Assembly (NCBI RefSeq): GCF_009914755.1
Contig: NC_060931.1
Strand: one strand, 5' to 3'
DNA: 64,000 nt
Origin: the human T2T-CHM13v2.0 reference genome, Homo sapiens
In this document: positions 37,111-64,000 of the stretch, piece after piece
How the letters are laid out: every line of letters starts with the position of its first letter
Position numbering within the stretch: the first letter of the stretch is position 1
The notes under the pieces: model-generated
Seen by the model: only the letters and a program-made list of their open reading frames with translations
What the model was told of the DNA's origin: nothing
The model's database searches: none
Position numbers and translations under genes: made by a program

Positions 37111-40100
37111 ACAATTTTTTTTTTCATTTTAACAATTTTTAAGTGTGCAGGTCAGAGGAATTAAGCACATTCACACTGTTTTACAAGCATCCTCCACATT
37201 TATAGGGAGTGTTTTTCATCTTGCAAAACTGAAACTCTGTACCCACTAAACACCTCACCTACCTTCCTCTAGCCCCGGGAACCACTCTTCTACTTTGTGT
37301 CTCTGTAAACTTAGCTACTCTAGTAGTTAAGTTCATATGAGTGGAATTATACAGTATAGTGAAGAAATCATGAGGAAGTATAATACACACTATATAACAT
37401 ATGTTTATTCATTTGAACAAAAACACTAACAGAGATCAGTAGTACATGTGATTATAGAGGAAGAAAGATAAAGAGAAAAGGATTGGACGGACACATTCAA
37501 TTTATGACAGTGATGCTCAAGTACCACAGCAGTGAGTCCCCTGCCCCAGTCACAGGGCTGGTCACAGTGGAGCTGATAGCCCAGTGTAGCTGTCTGACTT
37601 CCAGAGCCCATGCTCAGCCCAAACTTCACCGAGCCCTGAGGCACTCTGCCCTTGCTACCTGGGCACTCAGTGGGCCTTAGATTCTTCATGGCCTGGTCTT
37701 CTTGGCCTTGAGGGCGTGGCTGGCCTACTGGGATGGGGCTCAGCGGCAGGACAGGTTGTAGCTGTAGGACAGAGCAGCAGCTGTGAGGTTCCAGGAGCCA
37801 CACCTCAGGCCTACCTCCCAGTGCCTGCCCAGGGCTCCCATTCAACAGGGCCTGCTTCTGACCAGAGAGCCGTGGCCACAGGCTGTCTGAAACAAGCAGC
37901 CTGTGTTTCAGACTGAGCCTCTGCCCACCCTCTGTCAATCCGCTAGGCTCTCACCTCTCAATCGATTGTGCTGCTCCATGGGCTTGAAACCAACCCCATA
38001 TTCCTCCTGAGTCTGAAGATTATAATTCCCTCTTGTCACTGAAGCAGCTGCATTTTTGGAGGACTTTGATCTCCTGGAGCCAGACGGAAGAACAAAAGGC
38101 TGACAGGGCCTGGGTGGAAGATGCTGAAGGGCCCTTGGGGAGGGGGTAAACCAAGGCTGATCTCTAGGGCTTTTCTCTTAATGGGCCCCCTCTTCTCCAA
38201 TCCCATGCAGCCCCACCCTTTTCTCAAAGATGGATATAAACAGATAAATAGCCTCCCCAGGAATTTGTCCATGATTCCTGTCCCCTATGCACATGCTCCA
38301 TTGGGATGGGTCTCCTCTGTGTATCAAACCCTCCCAATAAATCCAGGATGCAGAGGATGGAGCCAGGGAGTATTCTACCCAGGGTAAGTGGGTGGGATGG
38401 TCTCTGATTTCCACATCCCCACCCTCCCCCAAAGTGAGGGCCTCAGCTGCTCCCTTTTTCCTTTCTGGGTGTTGATCACATTTCCCTGAAAGGCAGCCAG
38501 CCAAAGACCCTCAGAAAGGCCCCTGGCCCATGACTTACCCCCATCCCCACACCCTCCCATGCTGCACTTCTGCCAGGCCAGCAGGGGTGAGAAATATGCA
38601 TAGAACAGCACTGGGACCTGCATCAAGCTCTGGGCTCTAGATGAGGAGGTGTGGGAGCTGTGGCTCAGGGACCTTTTGCCCCAACACTCTCTGACAACAG
38701 ACAAACAAACAGAGGCCCTGTATAGAAAGAAAATGCTCGGACATTTAGGAGCTGCCTGACCTGGGAAGGGCCCAATTTCCCTCTCCTTCCATGGGCACTA
38801 CCTGAGGGAGAGGCTGAGTCCAGCTCCTGCAGCTCCTGCAGCTTTGCAGTCGGACAGCTCTTCAGATTCACCACTCAGGGAACGGGGACTGGAAGCTGCT
38901 CTGGAGCCTCCACCACTCAGAGGTAAGATGGGCCTGACGCCCCAGCTCAGGGGGCATGGGGAGGACAGTGGGGCTCACACAGGAGGGGGCTTGCTGTGAT
39001 CAAAGGTCTGTGTCCAGGGCTCTCTCCTCCCAAGCCTGAGGATCCTGGTCCCCAACCTGCCTGCCCCAGGCTCACTCCCACCCACACAGTCCTTCATGGC
39101 AGTGCCCAGCTTCACCAGGTTAATGAGGAACCCCCACCCCCCACCGGCCCAGAGAAGGCACATCACCCTGGCCATTGGGGTGGTAGTGGTGGTGAGCTCC
39201 CATTATCAGGTGCCCACCCAAGATCTGTCCCCTGAAATCTCACCACCCACTTCTGCCTGGACACTGGTTCCCAAGGTCTCCAACCTGGAACAGCCCAGGA
39301 CCCTCAGCTGCCTCCCCCAGCCCTCCCCTCCTCTCCCCCATCTCCCCGGCTGGCCCCCAAGGCCACTAGACACCCCCAGTTACTTCTATGCTGGGATTTT
39401 AACAAGTCATGAGGGCATGGGGTCCCCTGTCTCACTGTTCCCCAAATCTACACTGAGCCCAGCTTGCCCAGGCGGTTGGTTTCTCTGCTCCCTCTAATGG
39501 AGGCATTTCAGGCCCTGTGGCCACAGGAGGGCAGGGCTGGGGGAGGAAGACCCCCTGCTCTCTTGATGTGGAGGCCTCCAGCTGGTGGGGAAGAAGACTG
39601 CCCTTCGGCTCCCTGGAGCCCCTCCCACCACAGATCCACTCACCTGCTGCCCCACAGCCTCATCTGTGCTGTGTGAGGAATCATCTCCTGCATGGCCAGT
39701 TTGGAGGTCTCCACCTGCCAGGGTCAGGAACGAGGTCAGGGAGACTATTCTCTCCTCCCTCAGTTATACCTAAGCCCCCTTGACCTCAGGTCCTAGATAA
39801 CCAGCCTGAGTGAGCTGTTGCAATGCTCCCACCAACTCCACTCTGCCCTGATTCTAGATTCACTCCCAGCTCCAACACTTACTGCTTGTGTCACCTTGGG
39901 CAGGTGGCCGGACCTCCCTGAGACTATTTTTTCATCAAGGAAGTGTGATGGGAACCACGCCTTCCTCACAGGGCCTCCTGATGACTCAGTTTCATGTGGC
40001 TCTCAGCAGTGCTCTCACCATCATCCTTCGTGGGAAGAGCAAGGTACAAGCACCCATAAATTCCCTTCCTTACTGAACCCCATCAGGACGCTGTGAGGCC

Positions 40101-41158
40101 TGCTCAACAGGCTCATCATTTGTTCATCTGCCAGATGAGGAAACAGAGGCCCACAGAGGGCAGTGATGTGCCCAGGGCCTCACAAGAGAGGCTGGATCCT
40201 CCCACACCTGGAGGCCCTGTCCCAGCTGCCTTCACCCCACACCCCAGAACCACCACTGCTCAAGGTCTCATCCTCTGGTGTCTATGGGTGTCCACAGTCT
40301 CATCCAGGCTCAGCTGTGGTGGGAGGGGGACAAAGTGTCCTGGGAGGCCTGGTTGAGCAGCACCTGCTTGTCACAGCCCCACTGGAGTCTCTGCTCCACA
40401 CAGGCTTTATGCCAGACCAAAGGCCTCACTTACCCCATCATCCACCAAGGAAGTCCCCTGCACGGAACCCTCTCTTCCTCCACTCAGGGAATGGTCACCC
40501 GGGATGCCATCTCTGACAGTACAGGTACTGGGTGGTGACATGCCACTTCCTCATTTCCAGGGAAGGTTCTGAGATCTGGTCAGGAAGGATCCACAGGGAA
40601 TACAAGAGTCTCCAGATGCTTATAAGCCATCTGGAGCTTTTGGTAGTGCTCACTGGGCACTGGGGTGAGAATCCTGTGACTGACTAATTAGCAGTGTCTG
40701 CAAAGGACAGAGTGGTGAGCCACAGCAAACACACATATGTCCACCCTGCATTTACCAATTGAGACCCACCTGGCCTGTGAGATTCTTCTGCTGTCCCCAT
40801 CCTTGGTACAGACAGGGTGACACTCCCTTTAGAGATGCAGTGCAGTCAGAAGCAGTAGCAGTGGCCTGACTTCCTGGGGAATTGCTGGGCTAGTTTGGGG
40901 AAGGAGGGAAGCCCCACCTACCATGCACACCCCACAGCCTGGAGGAAGCTCCACACCAGCACGATGGACCAGCATGGGAACCAGAGCCCTGCTCCTTCTG
41001 CAGCTCATCATGCCTGCTCAGCAGCCCAGCTGCCATCACTGCATCCCATTACCAGGGTTGCCTGCCCACAAACCCCCCAACTGCCCACACACATCTTTCT
41101 GTTAATCCAGTCTAGACAGTGCTGGAGTTGTTCAAGTAAACGTTCAGTGAGAAAGTTA

Positions 41159-41160
41159 CA

Positions 41161-41210
<50 letters not shown>
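41159..41210. repeat. (CA)n microsatellite
   Basis: Directly visible. Confidence 0.95.
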
Positions 41211-41212
<2 letters not shown>

Positions 41213-41570
41213 GTGTACACGCCCCGACAACTGGCCCAGTACCCCTTCCAGCCTAATCTTTTTCTCTATCCCCCTCCAAAACACTTGACTCCCAGCTCCC
41301 ATTTCTACTTTTTCTTGATGTGCAAATCCTACTCAGTGTACTGTCTTTTCTGAAAATACTTTTAAATTTTCTGTAGCTTTTTCTGTGGAGAGGGAAAAAA
41401 AGGAAAGATTTGAGAAATAATAACGTGAAAGAAGAAATTATTTGAGAATAATAAGCAGATATGTACATTCAATTCCCTTTTGAGAACCAAAAGGATCAAA
41501 CTGCCTGGATGAGAATTTCTACGCTGGTCCTCTAAACCCTAAGGGCTCCACGGGTCTGGGGAAGGAGCTC

Positions 41571-42042
41571 TGTGGAGGCTAAAGCAGCTCCATCTTGGAT
41601 GCGAATCCACCATGTTGACTTTGAATTAACCCCAGTTCTGGGAATGCCCTTAAGATTTCTACTTCATCTACTGTTTCTTGCGTAAGAGCACATACTTACT
41701 GTAAATCTTCTCCTTAGGTCAAAGCAACCTATATGTCATCATACAAACTACAGGCTACGATGTGCACCTCATTCCCTTTCTGGAAGGCTGACCTTAATTG
41801 TCCTGCACATTCCTTATAGAGCATATTTACCCTTTTCCTATACTAAGTAAGCCCTAAATCTTGGGGGTAACAGCCTGGGGAACTACCTGTCTTGCTACCA
41901 CTCAAGACCATGCTTCTGCCCACAAGTTCCCCCCAATAGATTACCTTTTACTGACAAACTGGATTTGTCTGTTTCATTCTTTGGTTTCTTGACTCCTTCT
42001 GTGTTGGGGATCCCTTTGCAGATACAGCCCTTTCATAAAACA
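41571..42042 (+). mobile_element. Solo LTR, MER31-like (ERV1 class)
   Basis: TGTGGAGGCTAAAGCAGCTCCATCTTGG start and ...CCCTTTCATAAAACA end; family assignment from memory. Confidence 0.6.
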
Positions 42043-42044
42043 AG

Positions 42045-42759
<715 letters not shown>

Positions 42760-42779
42760 AGGCCTGTGGGTATGTCTGG

Positions 42780-50881
<8,102 letters not shown>

Positions 50882-53329
50882 TCACAGTACTGTCATTGAC
50901 CATATATGTCTCTTCTTGTTCCCCTCCATATGAAAATAAGTCTACCCTAAACCTTGAGGTGGGAATTATGCAGATACTCCCAGTCAGGTACAAAGGAGAA
51001 GCCGAATGAGCGTCTGGTACTACTCAACTTGGTACTCCAAGTTGAACCATCTTCTTTACCATCTTCCTGGGCTCTTACCAGGACTTCACCATTACTCCAC
51101 AGTTCCTGGGCCAGCTATTTAGTGGGTAGTCTGTCTCCTCCAAGACACAATTGTGACTCTGCAAGCTACTAGGTGGGTAATAAGGATATCACTGAAGCTC
51201 TCTAAGCCTGTCTATGCCTTTGAAAAATGGGAAGATGAACCTCATAGAGTTATTGTAGGGACTAAATTCCATAAGACACAGCAAGCAGTTGCCCAGTGCC
51301 TGGCTCTGTACAAAGGCTGCTTAGGATGCTCTCGTTGCTTATATTTTTTTCTGTCTTTTTGCCCAAGAAGTTCTCTGCCTCATTGGCCTGTGTCCCTCTA
51401 CATTTTGAACAGCACCTAGAAAGCAAAAACATTTTTGCATTGGTAAACCACATTTGAGATTCCTTCTAGCTGGATTTTGTCCTTGACACAGAATGAACAA
51501 ACTTCCCAGGGAGCTGAAAGAGGAGTCCCTACCCAACTCAGATATCTGAGGAGGTTCTTTTTGAGGTTTGTTTATTCAATAAATCTATTTTCAGCACAAT
51601 GTGTAAAGTCAGTTTTCTAGATGCTTGACATCATTCAGTGAACAAAGATGACAGTCCCTGGACCTCTGCATGTTTACTGCTAATTATGAAGCTTCTGTTA
51701 CACAGCTAGCACTGTCCTGTGTGTGTTCATTTATGTACCAAAACAACCTCATAATGTATGAAGCCTTCTATTGTTTACATAAACAAATTGGCTCAATAAA
51801 CTTGATTATTTCCATCACAAAAATAACAAACATCAAACAAAAAGTGGCTTAAATGGAGTTCTTCAATTAAAAGAAAAACAATGGAATGTGACTTAAAACA
51901 CTCACTGTAGAAACACTAACATTTAAAGTTATTTTCTGAGCACGATTAACTTTCATAAAAGTCATTCTTATAATCCCAGAGAACATCATATAAAGAATAC
52001 TTCATGAACCTTGGAATGAGAAAATTTTATACTAGGTCCAGCAAAAGAAACATGCAAGAAAAAAAATCAGAGGATTTCCATGGAGATTCTGAGCCAAGGG
52101 GCCATAAGATTTTAGATAAATGAGTTCGACACAAAGCAGAGAAAATAGATTTGCTTTCAGAATCTTAGAGGTTTTGATCTGCGTAGTAAATTATCAACAC
52201 TTTTTAAAATTATCTGTACTGATCTAATGTTTGTCTTTTCTTCTCAAAATAGGTACACACTCACACACATAGTTACATTCACCACAAATCTCCTACACCT
52301 GAAGTTTATCTATAAAGTAATATATTTGTATATGTAAAGCCAGGTAAATCAAAACTAAAAATCTATGTTTTGCAGACTAGAGTGAGCACATTCAGAAAAA
52401 TGTAGAATAAAAATTTTAAAATAGTCATTCAGAATTCAGAAATATGTGACTATATTTTATTATAGTCCTATGTAATCTTCATTATAACCATCATAATGAT
52501 CCTGTAGTTGCAAAAAGAAGAAAAAAATAAAAATTTTACCTCTGGTAACAATATTCCACTGGGAAGAAGGATTACAAAAGATATAGTATATATCTTTCTA
52601 TATAGTATACATCTATAGTATATAGTAGATTGTGACTATCAGTTACCTACAACATGGGGTAAGGTGGGATAGGTTAATGTTGGTGGTAAGATGCATTTCA
52701 TTCAATGGAAAACAGTCTTAACACATTAAAAACAATTTTATTCCATTAAAATAAATTAAGTTCAAACATTATCTCAAAAAGCATTTTAAACTCCACTGCA
52801 TTTCATTATTTTAATGTATAACTGGTAGAACAATTTACTTCTATGGTTCAAAATTCTTCTCTTCTCCTACAATGCAGAATAATATTACCCTAAACACCTA
52901 CCTCATGAATCACTTGCAACACTGTTATAAAGGGCCTCTCCACTTAGATTTTCTTCATGCATCTTACATTCAAGTGTTTTTAGTGTTACATGGAAAAGTG
53001 TATTAATGGTGCCCACCTAATAGAGAAAGATGTCTCAGAGCTCTGATGCAGAAATCATTAACCATGTGCTTTCACATAAGCACTAGGAATGAAGATATAA
53101 TATCAAGAAATTTTTGAATTTAATTTACATAAATATTTGCTTTTCAAAATAACTATAATAATTTCAATTCCAAAAAGTATAATTTGAATGTAATTGTAAC
53201 TGTCCAAAAAAGAGAAAAATCAATCTCCTTCTCCATTTAAACTTATGTACAAGTAAGCAACCTATTTTAAATTATTCTCTGTAATCAACACTGATTACAG
53301 TAATGTCTCAAACTGTTACTGCCTTGGTG

Positions 53330-55122
<1,793 letters not shown>

Positions 55123-55549
55123 CTAAAAGAAATAAAAATAAATTATACCACTTATTAGACTCAGGTGAATATACTTTACAAACACAAAATATAAAATTAT
55201 ACCAAGCACAATAAAATGGCATAATGCCACACACCCAAATTCCTTAATAGACATGCAAACTTAACAAAAATATATTGACCAAAATGCCTTTGTAAGAGCT
55301 CTAAAAACCAGTTAAGAGGTTGTAGTGCCACAGATGAGAATAATGCTCAGAGCCACATAGAAGACAAAGGAGCATTTGTTACATTTACCCACCACAGCCA
55401 TACCTCCTCCCCAATACAAAATAATGCCTTTAAGTGTAAACTCTCAACTCTTGGCTTCTCTCTCAAAAGTGAAAAAAAAGAAATAGTGGCACATGTGTCC
55501 ATACTTCTGGCTTTGAGGTGTCTTTCCAAAGACTGGTTTCTCTCTACCA

Positions 55550-58420
55550 TGACATAGAATGCTGAAAGAAATGGTGCTATACTTTGAATGACAGGTTAAT
55601 GTCTGTGAGACAAAAGGTATTTACAGCAGAGAGACTGTAGGACCACGGAAAAACAGCAGGTGTACCAACTAATTACAGGCTCTTCAGCAGAAACTTTGGC
55701 GAACCCACATAACTCAATAAAGGGAACACAAATCTAGAGAAGACACATCTTAAGAACAGGTTTGAGAAATTCTCAGTATCTAGCCTGGTAAATTGGTGTC
55801 AGACACTGCAGGGAAGAAAGCCGCTTTGTGCAGAGTGTGATGGGTGGCTTTTTATTTTTAATGTACATATCTCAACCAAACGTTAAAATATATACCAAGT
55901 ATCAGTCCAACATGGCCCAATCAAAGAAACAAGTATGCAGAAATCAACCCTAAAGAAATGAAGATGTATAAATTATCTGGAAAAAATCAAAATAACCATC
56001 TCAGTTATGCTCAATGTGTAACATGGGAACACAGGCAACTAAGTGTAATCAGAAAAATAAGAATATCAACAAAGTGACAAAAAGAAACAAGTGTTAGAGC
56101 AGAGGTATACAAAAAATGACTGAGAAATTTTCCAATGTAAGAAAAAATATTAAAAACTGAAGCTCAACAAACTCCAACTCAGATAAAAGACCCATAACAA
56201 GACACAATATAAGGAAAGTTTTGCAAGTCGCAGAAGATAATCTTGAATGCAGAAAGACAAAAGAGATGCATCACCTATATGCATGCTCCTGCAAGATTAC
56301 CAGTGAAGTTTTGAACATAAAACCTTGCAGATAGATAGGAGGAGAGTTGGGTTATATAGTCCAAGTGCTGAAGGAAAAAAAACTTTTAGCAAAACTGTCC
56401 TACAAAATTTTTGAAAATAAAGATTTTCCAAGATAACTAAATGCTCAGAAAGTGCATCACCAGTACGACTGTCCTACAAAAAATGCAAAAAGAAGTCTTT
56501 CCCATTGAAAATTTAAAATGATAGAAAACCAACCACATCATATAAAATACACAACTCTCTGGGAAAGATCTGCACATACACAAAACTAAAACTTTGTAGT
56601 ATTAAAATTAGGCAGAAAATAATAGTGCTTTAAAATTTGAAAGACATCATAAAAATTAAAACACCCATTCATATATGTCATACTTAGTGACATTATAAGT
56701 TGAGGGCAGATGTAATGAGCAAGAATTTTTGTATGCAACTGAGTGCAAGTTGTTACTAGTTTAAAATATACAGTTGTAACTTTAAGAGATTTTATGTAAT
56801 TTACATGGTAACCATAAAGAAAATGCAGATATGCAATAGAAAATAAAAAAGCAAAGCATGTCACTACAAATATCAACAAGACACAAAGGAATACAAAGTA
56901 AATAGGGACAAAATAGGCACAAGATTCAAATAAAACAATAAAATAGTAATTGCAAGTTATTTCCTTTCAGAAAATTATTAAAATATTCATGGACTAAACT
57001 TCCCAATCAAAACGCAAATATTAAATAAAGGGTTTTTTTTAATTTAAAAAACAAAATCCACCTATGTCATGTCTTCAAGAGACTCACTTCAGATCTAATG
57101 ATGAAAATAGACAAAGTGGCAGGATGGAAAAAGACACTCCATGCAAATGTTAACCAAACGAGAGGTGGAGAGCTAATTATATTAAGTCAAAAGCTGTCAT
57201 ATTTTATAAAATATAGTTTAAGTCAAAACTCACAAGAGACAAACAAGGACATTATAGTATAATAAAATGGTTCATTCACTGGGAACCTATTTATATCTGC
57301 TACCAGGGTTCCCAAATATTTAAAGCAAGCATTGACAGAAATGAATATAACAATGGGAGAGTACTTCAATACTTTCAGTAATGAATAATAAAGCATGACA
57401 GAACATTAATAAGGGAACAAAGAACTTGAAAGCAGTGTAAAGCAATTACACCTAAAAGACGTATACAGGACACACCACACAACAGCAGAATCCACAAACT
57501 TTTCGAAAGCTCATAAGAAAATTCTCCTGGATACAACACCTTTTATCTCACAAGACAAGTCTTAATCCATGTTTAAACTGGAATCTTACGCATTATTATT
57601 TTTGGCCAAATTGTGTGAAACTAAAAATCACTAACAACAGGAAAACAAAAAAAACACAAAATATGAAAATTAAACAATACACTCTTAAGCATGCTCTTGT
57701 TCAAAGGTTGGAAGACTGTGAAGATGGCCATACTGACCAAATTGATCTATCTACACATTCAATACGATCCCTTTCAAATTCCAAATTTCACTTTTCCAAA
57801 AATTAAAAAACCAACCCTCAAATCATATGGAATATCAAGAAACCACAAAGAGCCTGGCTATTTGTAAAACAAAAACAATATTGGAGGCATCGTGCTTAAT
57901 GATTTCAAAATACAAAATGAAGGTAGGGTAATCAAAGCACTTTGATACTGGCATAAAAGTAAAATCCTACACCAATAAAACAGAAAACAGCACAGAAAAA
58001 AACAGTCACATGTATGGTCAAATGAGTTATTAACACCATGTATTGTGGCATTATTCACAAAAGCCAATAGGTGAAATCAACCCAAACTTCCCTCACCAAA
58101 TGAATGGATAAATATAATTTGGAATATAAAAATAATGGAATATTTTTATTCTCATTTTAACTCATTTTAACTCGTTTTAACTCAGCTTAAAAAAAAACAA
58201 GAAATCTAACATCTACCATAAACATAAATCTTAATGATATTATGTAAAATTTAATGAGCCAGCTGAAAAAAGACAAATACTTTATGAATCCACTTATATG
58301 GGATATCTGAAGTAGTTACACTATTGAAAAGAGAAAATAGAATAATGTTTGGAAAGGGCCAGGCAATGGGAAATAGGATTCACCTAGATTGTGTATTAGT
58401 TTCACAAGATAAAAACATTC
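55550..58420 (+). mobile_element. Old fragmented L1 (L1M-type) in the ZNF intron
   Basis: ORF1/ORF2-like A-rich text (GGACTAAACTTCCCAATCAAA, GGATGGAAAAAGACACTCCATGCAAATG, TACTGGCATAAAAG). Confidence 0.7.
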
Positions 58421-58422
58421 TA

Positions 58423-62989
<4,567 letters not shown>

Positions 62990-63112
62990 TGAGGTCTTGC
63001 CTGCTGTCTGCCAATGGCAAAATAAACAGCATGATGCTGCTAATGCTCAAAGTGGCCCTGGGCAAGGTGGAGAGGGGAGGCCAGGAAAGCGGTGGGGCTC
63101 CAGAGGTCGTAC

Positions 63113-63196
63113 TTTCAGGCAGCACTCATTGGCTGTGTGGATGCCCTCATCATTGGAGTTGAGTTTGAAGGCACCCTGGGCCCATTCCTCAGCCAC
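63113..63196 (-). pseudogene. ASL: Isolated ASL (argininosuccinate lyase) exon copy, 84 nt, codons 70-97, with flanking intron copies (~62985-63470)
   Basis: Translates [28 protein letters not shown] versus [31 protein letters not shown]; ACAG acceptor and GTACGA donor present. Symbol is the parent gene. Confidence 0.93.
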
Positions 63197-63554
63197 CTGT
63201 ATCAGGTAGCAGCAATGCCAGGGGTCAGGTGAGCAGGCATCAGCAGCCAAGGGAGCCCCTGCCCACCCTATCCCTGATGACTGACTGTCCCTGTCCAGGA
63301 GCTGAGTCCCGGAAGCACACCTTGGGAGGGGGCATCTGGGGCCCGGCACACCTTCACCCATGAGCCATGTGGGCCACAGGGGTCATTAAAGGATGGAGAG
63401 AGGCGGTCATCAAGGCACACAGTTAAACAGCACATGAGAATATACTTAGTTTAACGTGAACTAAGGGGTTCACATTGAACCTATTATGATTCTTAGTCAC
63501 CAACCAATTCATACTCACCTGTTTTCCCAAGCCGATTCTCTTTTTTTTTTTGAG

Positions 63555-64000
63555 GGGTTACAGGTGTGGGCCACCACACCCCGGCCGCAGCCAGTCTGTT
63601 TTCAGAGATGGTCTTTGGGTTAATGAGAATTCTCCCCCTGCTTACTCGCCAGGCAGTGTGGCGTTCTCAATCCAAGGGGGCTGCGCATAGGGAGATGGGA
63701 TTTGTTTGCTCAGTTTGGACTCAGCGTTTTTTGCACTTCGATTTAATAGACTTATAAAATGTCAAAGGTTTAAGGGAGCTTAGAGTTCTTCTGGCCCACA
63801 CCTGGCTGATGAGAATTTCTAGGGGAAGTTTTTTTGAAATGCCAGATCTCTGCATTTTGAGATCCTGATTTAGTAACTCCAGGGTTGGAACCTGAGTTTT
63901 CTTTTTCTTTTGTAGAGGCAAGGTCTTCCTCTGTTGCCCTGGCTGGAGTGCAGTGGTGCGATCACAGCTCATTGCAGCCTTGAATTCCTAGGCCCAAGCG
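63555..64000 (+). other. Possible GUSB/GUSBP intron-derived duplicon start
   Basis: GCAGCCAGTCTGTTTTCAGAGATGGTCTTTGGGTTAATG...ATAAAATGTCAAAGGTTTAAG resembles GUSB-family intronic sequence from memory only; no GUSB exon in the window. Confidence 0.3.

Noticed and set aside
51024-51045. 9-bp perfect hairpin TCAACTTGG-TACT-CCAAGTTGA
   Set aside because: A single short stem is expected by chance in 64 kb; no supporting context.

Overview
Primate (almost certainly human) genomic DNA that is very Alu-dense and has no intact protein-coding gene. The window looks like a mosaic of duplicated gene pieces. These are: the CpG-island promoter and exon 1 of IFT22/RABL5 (minus, ~21.0-21.5 kb, RFX X-box retained); two unprocessed PSPH exons (plus, 24378-24512 and 26869-27014); a CpG-rich promoter with several ZNF143-type sites (~34.6-35.7 kb); the zinc-finger exon of a ZNF91-family KRAB-ZNF pseudogene with no KRAB exons in view (minus, ~53.3-55.1 kb); one ASL exon with its introns (minus, 63113-63196); and possibly GUSB-intron sequence at the right edge. 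The recognised parents IFT22, PSPH, ASL and GUSB are on chromosome 7, so a 7q11.21/7p11.2 duplication hub is the likely location. From memory it fits the LINC00174/GS1-124K5 interval, which I have not verified. Notable mobile DNA includes a young L1PA2/3 that integrated with its 5'UTR intron already spliced out (SpIRE97/622 type) and was later cut off just after the RT core, and a decayed class III ERV with a tRNA-Ser-like PBS. The most consequential observations are (i) the ASL pseudo-exon carries D87G, R94C and R95C equivalents, which match argininosuccinic aciduria alleles; (ii) the spliced L1; (iii) orphan promoters placed next to splice-competent foreign exons; (iv) two short templated insertions. 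I found no evidence for a wholly new biological system. All comparisons to parent genes and repeat consensi are from memory and need alignment.
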